From Marsupella aquatica (Eukaryota; Plantae; Marchantiophyta), in the NCBI GenBank assembly GCA_973895155.1, contig OZ316899.1, positions 9,174,287 through 9,238,286 of the forward strand: a stretch of 64,000 bases of DNA, in the 5' to 3' direction. The notes under the pieces were generated by a model that saw only the letters and a program-made list of their open reading frames with translations, did no database searches and was not told where the DNA came from. The position numbers were made by a program, and so were the translations under genes. Shown in pieces: positions 38,668 through 51,355 of the stretch (position 1 is its first letter; each line of letters starts with the position of its first letter).

Positions 38668-40260
38668 GAAAACTTTAACGAACGACTCTGAAAGATCAAG
38701 ATTGAAACAAAAGTTTCTCGGATGAAACCGGAGACGGGAGCGCAAGAAAAGTTTTGAGAATGAAGAACTCCAAATGATGGGAGGCAGACTCGCCGGCCTG
38801 GTTTTGGGGACAAAGGTGAGAACGTTCAGACCCCGGATGGACGTCTCAGATGTAATGGTTTCCGATCATGGCATAGACGTCCGAGATACATCGATAGAGT
38901 TTTGAGATCTCTTGATTGTGAAAACTTTAATGCACACGTGCGGATTTGGACGACGTCACAGATTTCCTGTCTATTGTTAGAGTTATAACGTACAAGCGGT
39001 GATGATAGCGCCAAGTGCTATTATTACGATCAGAGCTTTCCCTCTCCTCCTCGCTAGGCAATACTGTATTTGGTCCAGAGTCATGCTTCCAGTGTTAAGT
39101 TGTTCTCCGTTCATAAAAGTAGCGCCCAACGCTATTAAACTACTGACCAATCAATTGATTTACATTGTCCAAACGCTTAATGTATCTTTCTTTGTCATTA
39201 TTCAACGTTCATTTATAATGTCGTTATTAACCTCGTACATCAAACAAGCCTTAAATCGATTGGCGACGTGAGACATCAATTATTCTCTTCCGCTGAAACG
39301 GGATGATCGATCGTAGTTACACGCAAGGACACGCAGGGATGTCGTCACGATTATCGTTTCCCCTGAATCTCAGTCAAGGAGAGTTTTGGATGAATACTTG
39401 GGGTTAAGATTTGATGTTTCAAAAGAGTGTATTCTTTTTGTTTCCCTCCTCCCTAAGGATTTGAAGGGAAATACCATCTTCTACGATGTCGTTGATGGAC
39501 TCAGGTTTTGGATGATGTATCCTGATAAAGTATACAAGGTCTTTGTTTTGGAAGATTCTGAAGCATTGGCAAATCTATGTCCTGTTTCCGGTGGTGTTGA
39601 TGTTGTCAATCTCTCAGACACTTCGGAAGACAAGGGGAAAAGTTCTCCCCTTTCCTTTGATGTCCCCAAAAGGATCCCAGTGGATCCCTTGGTTGTGAAG
39701 ATGGAGGTTCAAAATGTTCTAATTGTATATTGGCAAAGTGCGATGGATACTATTCTAAAATCAAAGGGGCATAGCAAGTTATCTTGTTTCATTAGGGAGA
39801 AGGATTTCATGCATCAGATAGTTCCCAACCTCCCGATGACATACAATGGGAATGTAGTGTTTGAGTTACCTCCAGTCAATTGCGTGAATTTGAAAGGGGA
39901 ACGCCTGAAGGACATGGACCACGGGAAGGATTGCTATTACTAGACGCGCATCGTCAAAACATCTTTGAATGTTTTACCAAAGAAGATGTGGGATTTTGGA
40001 AAGGTTTAGTGTACCGGTTCTCTTGAATGTCGAAACAACTCCTGCCAGTTCTGGAGAGACAAAAAGACTAGGAACAACCAAGTCTGGGCACGGACACCAA
40101 AACTCTCAGGAACCTTTCGAGTTGGAGAACTCATCCTGCAAGGTGGTATTGACTGTCACCACTGCTCTGAACCTCCAATGTGTACGAGATTGTGTCCGGC
40201 CATGATGTTCTATATATATCCTTCAGCCAAAGTGGATTCAACACATTTGGCGTATATGTC

Positions 40261-43200
40261 TGTGATGCCTAGCCAGGAGTCACTAGGCCAGTTTAAATGA
40301 TAAAATAAGGAGTAAACCCTGGAAAATATAAACAATTAAGGGTGGCTATGGAACCCGAGCTGAGGCCGGAAGTAAAAACGCCGGGGGAGGGAACACAATT
40401 AGGGTTAGGGGGCGCTAAGTGCCGACGGCTATAGGTAACTAACGGGAAGGAAGACCAATCAAGGAGGGGTAAGGATTGATCGCAAGGAATGGTGGCTCAT
40501 TTGCAAGCACGAACTAAGCAAACGACTACGGGAGGCCAACAACTGTACGCTGCTCAGGCAAGCACTTGGGGTGGAAGCAGATACCAACAATCAACTCAAG
40601 AAGGGTATGAGCAACGTCAATCAAGCTGCTCATTTTTGGGGATGCCTGTTAGAACGGGCAACTGAGTACATTGGGACCTGCGAGGACGAAGAATCGGAGA
40701 GAGCCGCTTGAGAACGGCAGGAGCTTGCTCGACTGTGGGAGCTGTAGAAGTCTGCCTTCTTAGGAGGAGAACTCTTTAGGCTGAATTCTTGTGGACGCCT
40801 ACTCCCGACGAACTCGACGATCTTTTGTTTTGTGAGAACAGAATAGTTGGCATTTGGGAGGCCATCAACCGCTGCAACAACATACACTGGGAGTTGAAGG
40901 GTAGCACGGAGGGGTGGACAAAGGCAACCGTGCTAGGAGAAACATCCACGGCAGCCGCTATGAAGAGGAAAGGGAACATCAATAAAGAGACCACCCCTGC
41001 AAAGAGAACGAGGTCGGCGGCACCAAGGAAGCCAGCCGAGCAAGGGAGCAGGAGGTAGGAAGAAACCGAAGAAGAGGAGGTCAACCCCATCAATGTCGTT
41101 CCAACAAGGGATGACACCTGGAAAGGCTGGGCGGCGACCCTCCCCAAGGAAGTGCAATTACACTTTGCACGCAAAGAGGATGCATGCTTTACGGCTATGC
41201 AGACTCGGAAGTACCAGGGCTTCATGGCCGGATCCGGCTTGGAAGCCTTCGTAAAGTTACCATGGCTGAAGCCAAAGGTACCGGATTCAGACTTATTAGA
41301 ATTCGTGGGATCTTGGGAGCCCGAGACCAATTCCACAAGGGTGTATGGGAAAGAATTTTGTCTCACTCCTCGAGTGATTGCCAAAGTGTTTGGCTTGCCG
41401 ACGGGAAATAAGACCAAAGTAGATACCCGGAAGACCTTGCCAGACAAGGAGTTCCGATCGTTCCCAGGGCCATCAACAAAGACTGGCTTCTTTCGGAACA
41501 CCTGCACCAACCCGCACACAGGAGAGATAATCGATTTCTTGCGGGTAACCATGCACTACAACTTGCCAAGGCCAAAGATTGGCAAGGCATAGGTTTACTT
41601 GACGGAGAGACCAGACCCCAACCGGGACTACAACGGATACCTCCTCACCCAATTGAAGAAAATCTTGAAGGAGGAACAGTAGGTGATCAGCAAGGGAAGC
41701 GTGTCCTGGCTTGGCTATCATATGCTGCTATTGTGCCGGTATGCTCGAAGTCAGATATTTGCCCCGGTACTTCCCCTGCAGGCAAGAGCACCAGAGGAGG
41801 TTCCGGAACCGAGGCCGGCAATAGAGAAACCGACCCAGCCCGACAGTCCTACAATCGAGCAGGTGTTTAGGCCAAGGAAGGAGGACTTGCCGATGCAGCA
41901 ACCAGGCATGCAGAATCTGCTGAAATTGCTGGTGAAGGAAAGGAGAACGGCAACGACAATGGGACCGGTACACAATACTGCTCCCAAAGTCGGCCTAAGC
42001 CAACTTACCAGGGAAAACCCCTTTACCGGGGTCAAGGAGAGAAGGAGGTCGGAACACAAGTCAGGAGTTCGAATGTATGTAGGAGCCTCAAGTCCCAAAG
42101 CTGAGGAAAAGCAGCCCAAAGCTCCTGGTCACGACAGGGAGAAGAAGAGATCAACGTGGAAGCCGGAGGAACCAGGACCCGTGATCTGTGAGGCCGTGTT
42201 CACGGCAAAACTAGGAGAGCAGTAGGAGGAGCTGGTAGTCCAAGGCGCAGAGGAGGCGGTAGAAGGCTACAAACATGATGACTCCGGCTACGGTCGGACC
42301 ATCATGTTCTAGGAGTAAGGACCTGTGGCAGGTTCACCCCCACTCTTCCAAGAGTAGTTTGAGGGGACCCCACCCAGCAGAGCAGCCCCGAGTCTCCCCC
42401 ACCAGATATTGCTCCCCCGAGCTTTGACGGCATAAAACAGATGGCACAAGAGTTTCAAGAGCGACTCAAGGAGGAAGAGAAGGCAGCCCTGGCTAGGGAG
42501 AAAGATTTACTAGGGGAGAATGGCCAGACCACATCAAGCGGCTTGCAAAAAAACAACGCAGTCCTCCAGCCACGATAGAAGAAATCCGCAAGGCGGCTTG
42601 GGAACAAAGGCCGCAATGGTTGATGCCAATGACTTCTACTCACTCCGCCTATGCTAAAGAAAGAGCCATGGAGTACGGGGAGATGTGTGGGGAACTTGCG
42701 CTCAGCATCTTTGGGGAGGAGTTGGAGCAGGGACCCTTTTTCCAGAGGGAGATGTTGGAGAAGCACCGATTAGAAGAAGCGGTGGCTTTGGAGAGAAGCA
42801 AGAAGGACGAGGTCATCCGTCGGCTTAGGGCAAGGGAAGCCAAGGTAGAAGACCTGAAGGCGGCCAAGAAAGCCCAAGATGAGCTGCGGATTAAGCGGCA
42901 TGAGCTAAACATCATGCAAGGGCAATTGGATACCGCGCAGTCTGATAATAAGATTATCAAGGATAAACTGACTCGGACCCAAGGAGAGTTGGCCGATGCG
43001 ATCAAGGAGAGGGAGAAGTGGAAGCAAGAGCTGAGAGATGCAGAGGAGGCCCACATAGCAGCCAACAACCGGGCCATGGCAAAGACCTAGAGAAGGGAGA
43101 GGGCATTGAAGGGGGAGCTCAAGGATATCCGCGGAGCCCTTGAGCAGAAGGAGGCCAAGTTAGGAAAATCCTATCAGGCAATCATTGTGCTACGATAGGA

Positions 43201-44935
43201 GCTTGCATCCATGACGGCCAGCTTCAAGGCCGACCTCCGTGAGAAAGACGACCAGCTCAACCAGACTTATGCCAAGATGAATAAAATGGAGTCTGAGGTC
43301 GTAATGGAGCTCGACAAGGAGCTAAGAGCAACCCAGGAAGAGAGGGCTACCTTAAAAAAGAAGCTAGAGGAAGCCCAGAAGGAGCGAGAGGAGGCATGCA
43401 AGGACCTGGACGAATTGCAGGAGGAGTTAGAGGAAAGCACGCGGAAGATGGAGAACTTACAGCGGCGAGCCGACAACCAAACGGAGCGGCTAAAGAAACA
43501 GGCCGCAGTATTTAAGTGCTTGGCTTCCTCAAGTCCAACTCCAATAGGGGCAACCAAGTTGCCAGGAGTAGTACTGGCCGAAGGACAAGCTGAGACACTT
43601 GCACTGGTGCCGGAGGTAAGTGGCAAGGGGAAGGGACCAGCTGCCAAAACAAGGAAGAAGAAAAAGCAAAAACCTGTTGGGTCGGGGAGTAACACGGCTT
43701 CTCAACCCATCGTGACCAAGGAGGTAAACCCGGCACCAACCTCAGGCAGGGTCACGGCAGAGGATCCAACTGTCCTACAAGGCAGGGATGGCAAGGGCGA
43801 AGCCAAAATGCTCAGTGATGAGGCCGGTGTACCAAATCCACCACTAAAATAGGTCGGGGAAGCCGTAACCATATCGGAGGCCGTGGCCAATGCTGAGGCC
43901 AAAGCCGAGGGTGGACCCAGTCAGGCCGATGGAGAGTTGACTCGGTCCGGAGCAGGTAATCTGTCAGAGGACGGACCTACGGTAGTGGCTGCGGAGGAAG
44001 TGTTGGGGGCGTCCATTGAGGATCAGCCACCACTACCATGACGGTGGTGGAGGGCCGCTCCTTTTAAGGAGGGTGGACGTGGAGGGAGGAGGCGTGAGTG
44101 GGCAGGGCGGGCTCAGATCTCCAAGTTTAGAATTAGGATCAGGACCGGGAGGCGGCCCTGACACTTAGCTTAGTGGGATTGCGGATCCGCTGGTAAGAGC
44201 AACACTTGTGCTCCTGCCTCGCTGTACATAGGTAGATTATGGTCAGGTTAGATTTGGCTTACGCTGCAAGGAATTGGGCGGATCCACTGCTAGGATAAGC
44301 ACCTGGGTAGCGGGGGGGTTCAGGACCTTCTTCCTTAGCAAGTTTTTAGTGCACCAACAGGGCTGGGATCAAATAGTTCAAGAAGCTCTTGGTTAGTTAT
44401 GCTATGACCCGTGTGTATATTCATGTTTTCTCATACCTAAGAGATGAATAGAGTTGGCCTCACGGCTTAGTTCGCAGATCTTGTGTATGAGAAGTACTGT
44501 TTGTATGGCAAGTGCATGGTATAACTCAGTCAGAAGGAGTCATTTTGCTATTTGTGTGTCGCATTAACTTGTTTGAAGATTGCCCACATCAACCAAGAAG
44601 GGAGTAAGCAAGGTAGTAAGAGTTGGATGTGTCGAGCTGAGAGAGGTCTTAGCGGCTTACCCAAGCCAGTTGGGGATCATTCCGACGGCGGAATCCAAAC
44701 ATACCTAAAGGGAGACCAGGAGAGGAGGACAATGGAAGGCATAGAAGAGGCTGGCTACACATCTCATGACCCGATGAAGGATTTGTCCAACTGTATATGT
44801 GTGTAAAATGTTAGTCAAAGTTAGTAGCGTCCCATGCCGCTAAGCCGCGAAACAGGCCTTGCCAAGAGCGAAACCTGCGGGAATCGGCTTGTGCAGGGGG
44901 TTTCTTGGGTTCAGGGAGCCATGGGACGCACCACA
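40261..44935 (+). mobile_element. 4675-bp TG..CA element with 5-bp TSD ATGTC (solo-LTR-like) containing one long decayed ORF
   Basis: ATGTC|TGTGATGCC ... GCACCACA|ATGTC. No internal LTR pair, PBS or pol. Excision restores the transposase frame. Confidence 0.9.
40350..44041 (+). pseudogene. Long (>1100 codon) ORF: plant-retrotransposon accessory-domain-like region + coiled coil
   Basis: ORF pieces 40789, 41152 and 41683 are in one frame; 42620 and 43211 follow after a 1-bp deletion. Motif LLEFVGSW...RVYGKEFCLTPRVIAKVFGLP; heptad-rich E/K/L region. Start codon uncertain. Confidence 0.6.
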
Positions 44936-47900
44936 ATGTCCCGGTTGGCTGTGCACACGGGATTTCACAACCATCCTAGTCGTCGAGTGTGGTCGAGAGA
45001 GACTGAAAAGGTCGCTAACACTCACCTTGCAAAGGAGTTCCAGGCTAATCCACAAGCTACGCCCGCTGGGATAAAAAATGCGACTACAGACTCTCTAACC
45101 AATGCCCTCTGTGAGGAATCCGTGGAGGAAATGTCTTTGGAAGAGGAGTAGGAGATCTGGGAGTCCCTCATGGTTGTGTCTACCCCACAAAAGTTTGCTT
45201 ATGTTATGCGAAGTGTGAGGCAAGACCAGAAAGGTTAAGGTGAGCTCAAATATTTGGTGTGGATGCAAAAGTGTGTGAGACTTCCCTTTCTTCATAGGTA
45301 TTTGCTTCCAGGCCAAGGATGTCGAGACGAAAGTGCTCACATCTTCAAGATGACTGTGAAAGGCAAAGGATTTGGGATCGACCTTCTCCAGAAAATGCAG
45401 CCTGGTGGTTCATTGGAGGGGTCATGGGTGAGTTTCGATGTCATGCATAGAATTACATCAGACTGGCTAACTTTTAGTGTTCATGTATATGATCATCACT
45501 ATCGGGCACTTTGTACAATTTTCACTTGTGAGTTAAAAGCTGAAGACACCAAGTCCTTAGAGAGAGCGTGGCGATTGATGATAGAAGTTGCAAGTGGAAA
45601 TGGTCTAGAGAACATTCAAATTTGAGGATTCATGGCGGACAATGCCCAGACTGGTTGGAATGTGGTGCAAAATGTTTTCTTCAATGGGGTACCTGGTCCT
45701 GACCGAGAGCGATCAGATGCGTTTCATTTTTATCAGTCATTTCATTGGCAATCACGCAAAGGTGTTCCAGAAGGAAAACTCAAAGAACACAAGAAGATGT
45801 GGGACGGTCTTTGTAACACAAAAACATTTTTGGATGCATATCGTATGTCAAGAGAGATTGACGATTGGTGGCGAGCTGGAAATTGCCATCAGGGGAAGCT
45901 TTGAATGTTGCAAGGATGGCTCTCATGGTGGGTTGTCCGTTGGGGACAATGGGGAAACTTCATAAGACTGGTAAGTCTTTTCTTACATTCACGATAGTCC
46001 GTTACCAATGTTTGGTAATAGCGCCCGACGCTAATATGGAAAATGAGTACTCGAAGTCCAATGTCTTGTTATAGTATAGTAGCGCCAAGCGCTAGTGTGA
46101 ACAAGGAGACTTATGCAACTACGAACATGACATTGATGCAAGAGATTTAATAGCGCCAGGCGCTACTAATAGTTATAGTCCATATAGCAGAAATACAAAC
46201 TACACTTGTCGCGAAATTACTGTAGTTGCTAAATATATTTATTCATTTCCTATGATAGAGCAAGAGTGCTGAGGAGGCAGGTATGATTCTGAATTGTACT
46301 GGTTCGGAATCGGTCCATGCAGGCATGAAGGCATGGCAAATGAAGAAGCGGGTTGGCCTCATGGAGGGATGCAAAACTGACCAAAACCGAGCCGTATGTC
46401 AAATCATAGCTTATACTGCATACGGTCGAGGATTACATCAAGGAACTGGACCCACTATCTTTGAGCTGGCTTTCAAATCTGCGGACATGATAGGGTCTCC
46501 ACATCTATTTGAAGAAGTGACCAATCTCCTTCTTTCCAACGCAGTTGAATTTGATTTGGAAAGAACTGTTCCATTGAATGGAGACGTCATCACTCAATCG
46601 GTGAAACAAAAAGGTAATGCAAGTGGGAATGTCTTGGCACAAGACTCTCACAGGCATGATACTATCCTTGTGACTTCACCAAATACAAGGGGTTTGAAGA
46701 GGAGAAACCTCCATTCCACAGACTTTGAGAAGATGTCTTCCACACCTTCTACTGGTGGAAGTGGCGTCGTTGATTTGTCTCAAATTGAGAGTGAAGATTC
46801 TGAGGAGGTCGTCGTCCTTGAGACACCCTCACGTCGAACAACAAGATCTTTTGTTCCTCCCGTCAGACATCAAGCTAAGGCCGAGCCTGAGGAATCTCTT
46901 CTCCCGATGGAAACTAACATAGCTCCAGGTCTGTGGCAGCTCCGACAGACTGCAAAACGTGGTGCTGGTCCAACTTGTAATGGGACGCTTGATTGGAGAG
47001 GAAGCCGCAATGAATGTCAAAATTGAGTAACGAAGGTTGGGTTTCCAAATCCAGAAGGAGTTGTTGCAATATCTGTAAGAGGATGTAGACTTTATAGAGG
47101 AGAACCTCATCCAGACCAAATATGGTTTTGCCCAAACAATAAATGTCACAAAAGTCGGCCAAGAAGAGGTGTTTCAAACATTCCCAATATACCACTCGTT
47201 CTTCCCATTGTGAGAGGGACCAATCTCCAGGAGGGCGAGATCCAATTCTTGAGAGAACAAGGTCTAATTGGGACAGGAGAGGTAAGGGAAGGTCAGGAGC
47301 CAGCCCCGTCTGAGTTACGCATTGATCTGAATTTGTTCCAAGAGAGGATCAATTTAGCGGACCCAATTTTCAGATGTGGCTCCAGGAATGGAAGGAAGTG
47401 CTTGCAGAGAGTGAATCTAACTCAAACACATTACAAGAAGATCGAAGCATCCAAAACAGAAGTAATGAGACTCGTATGCGAGAGAGATGTCACGAGTGGG
47501 AATGCGTGGGGGAAGCAGTATTGTATCAGAACACATGAACATGAGAGGACTACTGCCTCTTATTGGGTGTAGATTTGTTGTTTCCCTTGCTGTTCATGTG
47601 AGGATTTCTATCGGAGGCACATTTATAGGAAACCTTACATGCCTTGCAAACATCTATATTGGGTATTCAGGACTGTGTTGAAGTTGAGTCTTCACGATTT
47701 GACACTATCTAGTCAACCAGTTCTGACATTGGGCGAAGTCTGTTACCTTCTTGATCGACAAAATGGAATGAAATGTAGTCAATTTGGTGACGTTCAACAG
47801 ATTTAATTGGCATTTGTCTTTTCTAACGGGCAGAAGATGTACCCGTTTCTTATTCAAAAATATGTAGTGTCTGTTGCTAGCGCTTGGCGCTAGCCAAAAT

Positions 47901-48533
47901 TTGCAACAGATAGCAAACATATTGATTGTTAAATAAAGCACGTGTTCTTATAATGACCTCTATATTGCCTGTTATTTATCATTGAATGGTGGGCCCCATT
48001 ATGTTAGCATTTCAGTGAGCGCTTATATGGTTATTGTTTTTTAACATGGAGCCCTTTTTGTCAACTTTGAATAACCTAGAAAACTTGTACAAGTAAATAG
48101 TTTCTTGTATGAGTAAACAGATTTTCTGCTATGAGTAATTGAATTCCTCGTATGAGTAAATTTTTGCTCATACGAGCAGAAAATTTGCTCATAACAGCAA
48201 ATCTATTTACTATTAGCTGTCACGGTGGTTATACCCAAATCTTTCAGGTCCGTTTTTGAGTAATTACCTATCAGGCCCATTTTAAGGGTGCCATTCTTAG
48301 CAAGTTTAGGCTAAGAGTAATCCTTAAGTTAGCTAGTTGACCTCTAATTTGTCTTTTTCTTTCAATGATGGTGCAACCTTAAAAAGATCTAACTAGCTAG
48401 GCTAAGAATTGTCTTCATGCTAGCTAATTGACTTCTAATCCGTCCATTGGAATATTTCATCATCTTTTCCCTTGGCTTAGTACTACTTGGATTAGAAGTA
48501 TCATCTTTGTTGAGATTTTTTCTCCACTATTTT

Positions 48534-51355
48534 TGTTGTAACTATGTAACTTTTCTTGTGTTATAAACCCTGGGATAAGTCTACCTAAGGTTAGGACACA
48601 TAAGGTGGTTATACCACCAACCGCCTCAACAACAACCCAATGTACATAAAGTATTGGATGAGTAAAGTGTGGAGTATGATTTGTGATGTTGAACACGTTA
48701 TCAGCATGAGCTGGCTCACCCAATTTTTTTCTCAAATGGAGCTTCATCTGGCTAAGGAGAATTTGGCTTACGGGACTGTGGGATCTTTGGAGAATTTTGT
48801 TTGATGGATGGAGGGAGATCTACCCCATGCAATCAATCTTTACCAGATCATTTGACATTTAATTGACATTCAATATCAAATTACTAGGGAAAGATTAGGG
48901 AATTGAAGCGGCCTAATCACCATGCAACTAGGACCCACAATGCCGACATCATCAATCTCCAATCTAGTTCACCGATCAAGATCACAGCGAATTGAAACAA
49001 CTTCATTCCACAATTTCTGCCCATCGTTCAACAACAATACACCACGTTGAGTGCAGATATATCTAATCCTCCATTGACAAATTTACCCACTGGACACAAT
49101 GACTGCAAATACAATCGGGAAAATTATATTTTCAAGCGCTGTCCATCGATGGTGCCAATTTCTTATCTTGGACCCTAGATGTCGAGGCACATCTGGCATC
49201 TAAGAATTTAGAGGACACGTACAATTCTAACTGATAATGGCCCCACCCTCCAGGAGAAGGCCAAGGCATTGATCCTAATCCGACACCATCTTGCCGACTC
49301 CTTGAAACACCAATACATGAATGCATACAACCCTCGAGTCCTTTGGGACAAACTGCACACCAGATTCAATCGTACCCGGACCATATTTCTGCCAGCAGCC
49401 CGACATGACTGGATTAATCTCCAAGTATAGGACCATAAGACCATCGCCAAATACAATAGCAAATTGTTCCAAATCATCTCCCAATTGACTATATGTGGCC
49501 ATCCAGTCAATGAAGAAGAACAAATTGAGAAGACTCTATCGACCTTTCACTCAACAAACCTGGTACTATCCACTCAATATCGAAACATGCGATTCACCAC
49601 ATACTCGAAACTAATCGCCCATATGCTGCTGGCAGAGAAATACCAAATCCTATTGTTGCAGAATACCAAGCAGCGACCTCTCGGCACTCTACCACCTCAA
49701 ACCCAACCTGAAACTCATTTCAACACATGGAGACGCGGATTGAGCACCTCATCAAGGGGGAGAGGGAGCAGTAGAGGAAGGAACACCTTCCGTGGCCGTG
49801 GTAACTCTTTTCAACAAGGCGGAAGAGGTTTGTTCCATGGAGACAGGGGCCGAGGCCGACCAAACCCGGGCAGATTCCGCAACAACTCGACAAGGAACAC
49901 CACCAATTTAGATAAGTTTGATAACCCACCTATTTGCCATAGATGTGGGACAAAGGGCATATTAAGAAGACATGTCGAGCTCCAACCCACCTTGTAGCCC
50001 TATACCAAAAGAATTTGAATGCTGAAGAATACGAAACCCATGGAACATTCCTAGCAACTCCAGAAATTTTACCCAAAATACACATCGTTCTTCAGTTAGA
50101 CATGTCTAAAGCCTTGGAAGATCCTAACTGTTGCGTACTAGACAACGGGACTTCCCATTCAATTTTAAGAACTAAAACCTACTTCAAACATATTACCCCA
50201 TCCCAAAGGAGAGTCACAACAATAATGGGACACCATCAGCTGGAAGAAGGGAACGGCCCTGCAAAACTAATACTGCCTAAGCGCACTGTAATCCACATCC
50301 AATCTGCCATCTATGCCCCAAAGGCTACACGTAACTTACTGAGCTTTAAAGACATTTGTGAAAATGGCCTGCACATCCATACTAGTATCCACAATTCCCG
50401 AGAGGTACTACACATCGTAGCTATGACCCACAAAGGCATAGAGATAAAGGAAACTCTAATAGCTTTCCCAATGGGCTTTTATGCCATTAAGATACAGACT
50501 TTCCACGTAAATACCCATGCACTGAGCCACACTGAGATATGGCACCGTCGCCTGGGGCACCCAGGCACACATATGTTCCACGAGATCATCAATGACACAC
50601 AAGGAATACCAACCACTGTACACCCAACCTCGATGAAAGCCCAATGCCTAGCCTGCTCTCAAGGCAAACTTACAATGAGGCCATCTCCATCCACCACAGA
50701 CAAGCACATCCCTAGAACGAATCCACGCAAATGATTGTGGCCTTGGTGATCCCCCCAGTGGCCCTTTTTGGTTCTTCCTGGCTACCATCGATGCCTCATC
50801 CAAGTGGTCTCAAGTATCCCTCCTCTCCACACGCAACTTAGTTTTCTCCCGACTGTTAGCTCACATCCTGCAATTAAAAGCACAATTTCTCAACCACCCC
50901 ATCAAGACAGTAAGAGTTGATAATGCTGGGGAATTTACATCCCAGACATTTGACGACTTTTGCATAGCAACCGGGATAGAGGTTGAATACCCTGTAGCTT
51001 ATGTTCATTTCCAAAATGGGCTAGTTGAATCCCTGATCAAACGGCTCCAAACCATAGCAAGACCACTACTAATGCAAACTGTCTAGTTTACCACCATCAG
51101 CCTGGGGCCACGCCATTCTACATGTTGCGGCCCTATTAAGATATTGACCATCCGCTTTCAATGCTAGCTCACCTCATCACCTGGCATTTGGAGTATCACC
51201 CAACTTGGCACACCTCCGCACATTTGGCTGCCAGCCCTGGTACCCATTATGGGACCCAATAGAACTAAACTTGGACCCCAAAGGCAAAAGGGTATCTATA
51301 TCGGATTTGATTCTACATCAATCATAAGATATTTAGAACCCACAACTGCTGATGT
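48534..51355 (+). mobile_element. Ty1/copia Bianca-lineage retrotransposon, 3'-truncated after integrase
   Basis: LTR 48534-48695; PBS CGTTATCAGCATGA; gag ALSIDGANFLSW; protease VLDNGTSHSIL; WHRRLGHPG; RVDNAGEF. Confidence 0.88.

Larger units (their letters stand above)
39218..47806 (+). pseudogene. Mutator-type DDE transposase with an N-terminal WRKY/GCM1-like Zn finger and a C-terminal SWIM; interrupted at 40261-44940; intron ~45971-46258
   Basis: Rejoined CHHC..C..LCPA..Y...AYM|SRLAVHTGFHNHP. Catalytic SFDVMH, FMADNA, DAFH ([C/D]xxH), SESVHA. SWIM PCCSCEDF..PCKHLYWV near 47585-47665. Confidence 0.8.
14491..48227. mobile_element. Large DNA transposon 'M' (about 11.1 kb after removing two nested insertions): Mutator-type transposase (+) divergent from a ParB/DNA-MTase-like gene (-)
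   Basis: Left end CACGGTGACAGC..AATAGTAAA (14491) is inverted relative to right end TTTACTATTAGCTGTCACGGTG (48227). gctcataacagcaaat lies near both ends. The TAGCGCY-N-RGCGCTA palindrome occurs only within this span. Reading frames rejoin across both nested insertions. Confidence 0.78.

Noticed and set aside
40776-41552. 258-aa minus-strand ORF (and 58156-58815 in the other copy)
   Set aside because: Antisense to the long ORF of the solo-LTR-like element; no independent motifs.
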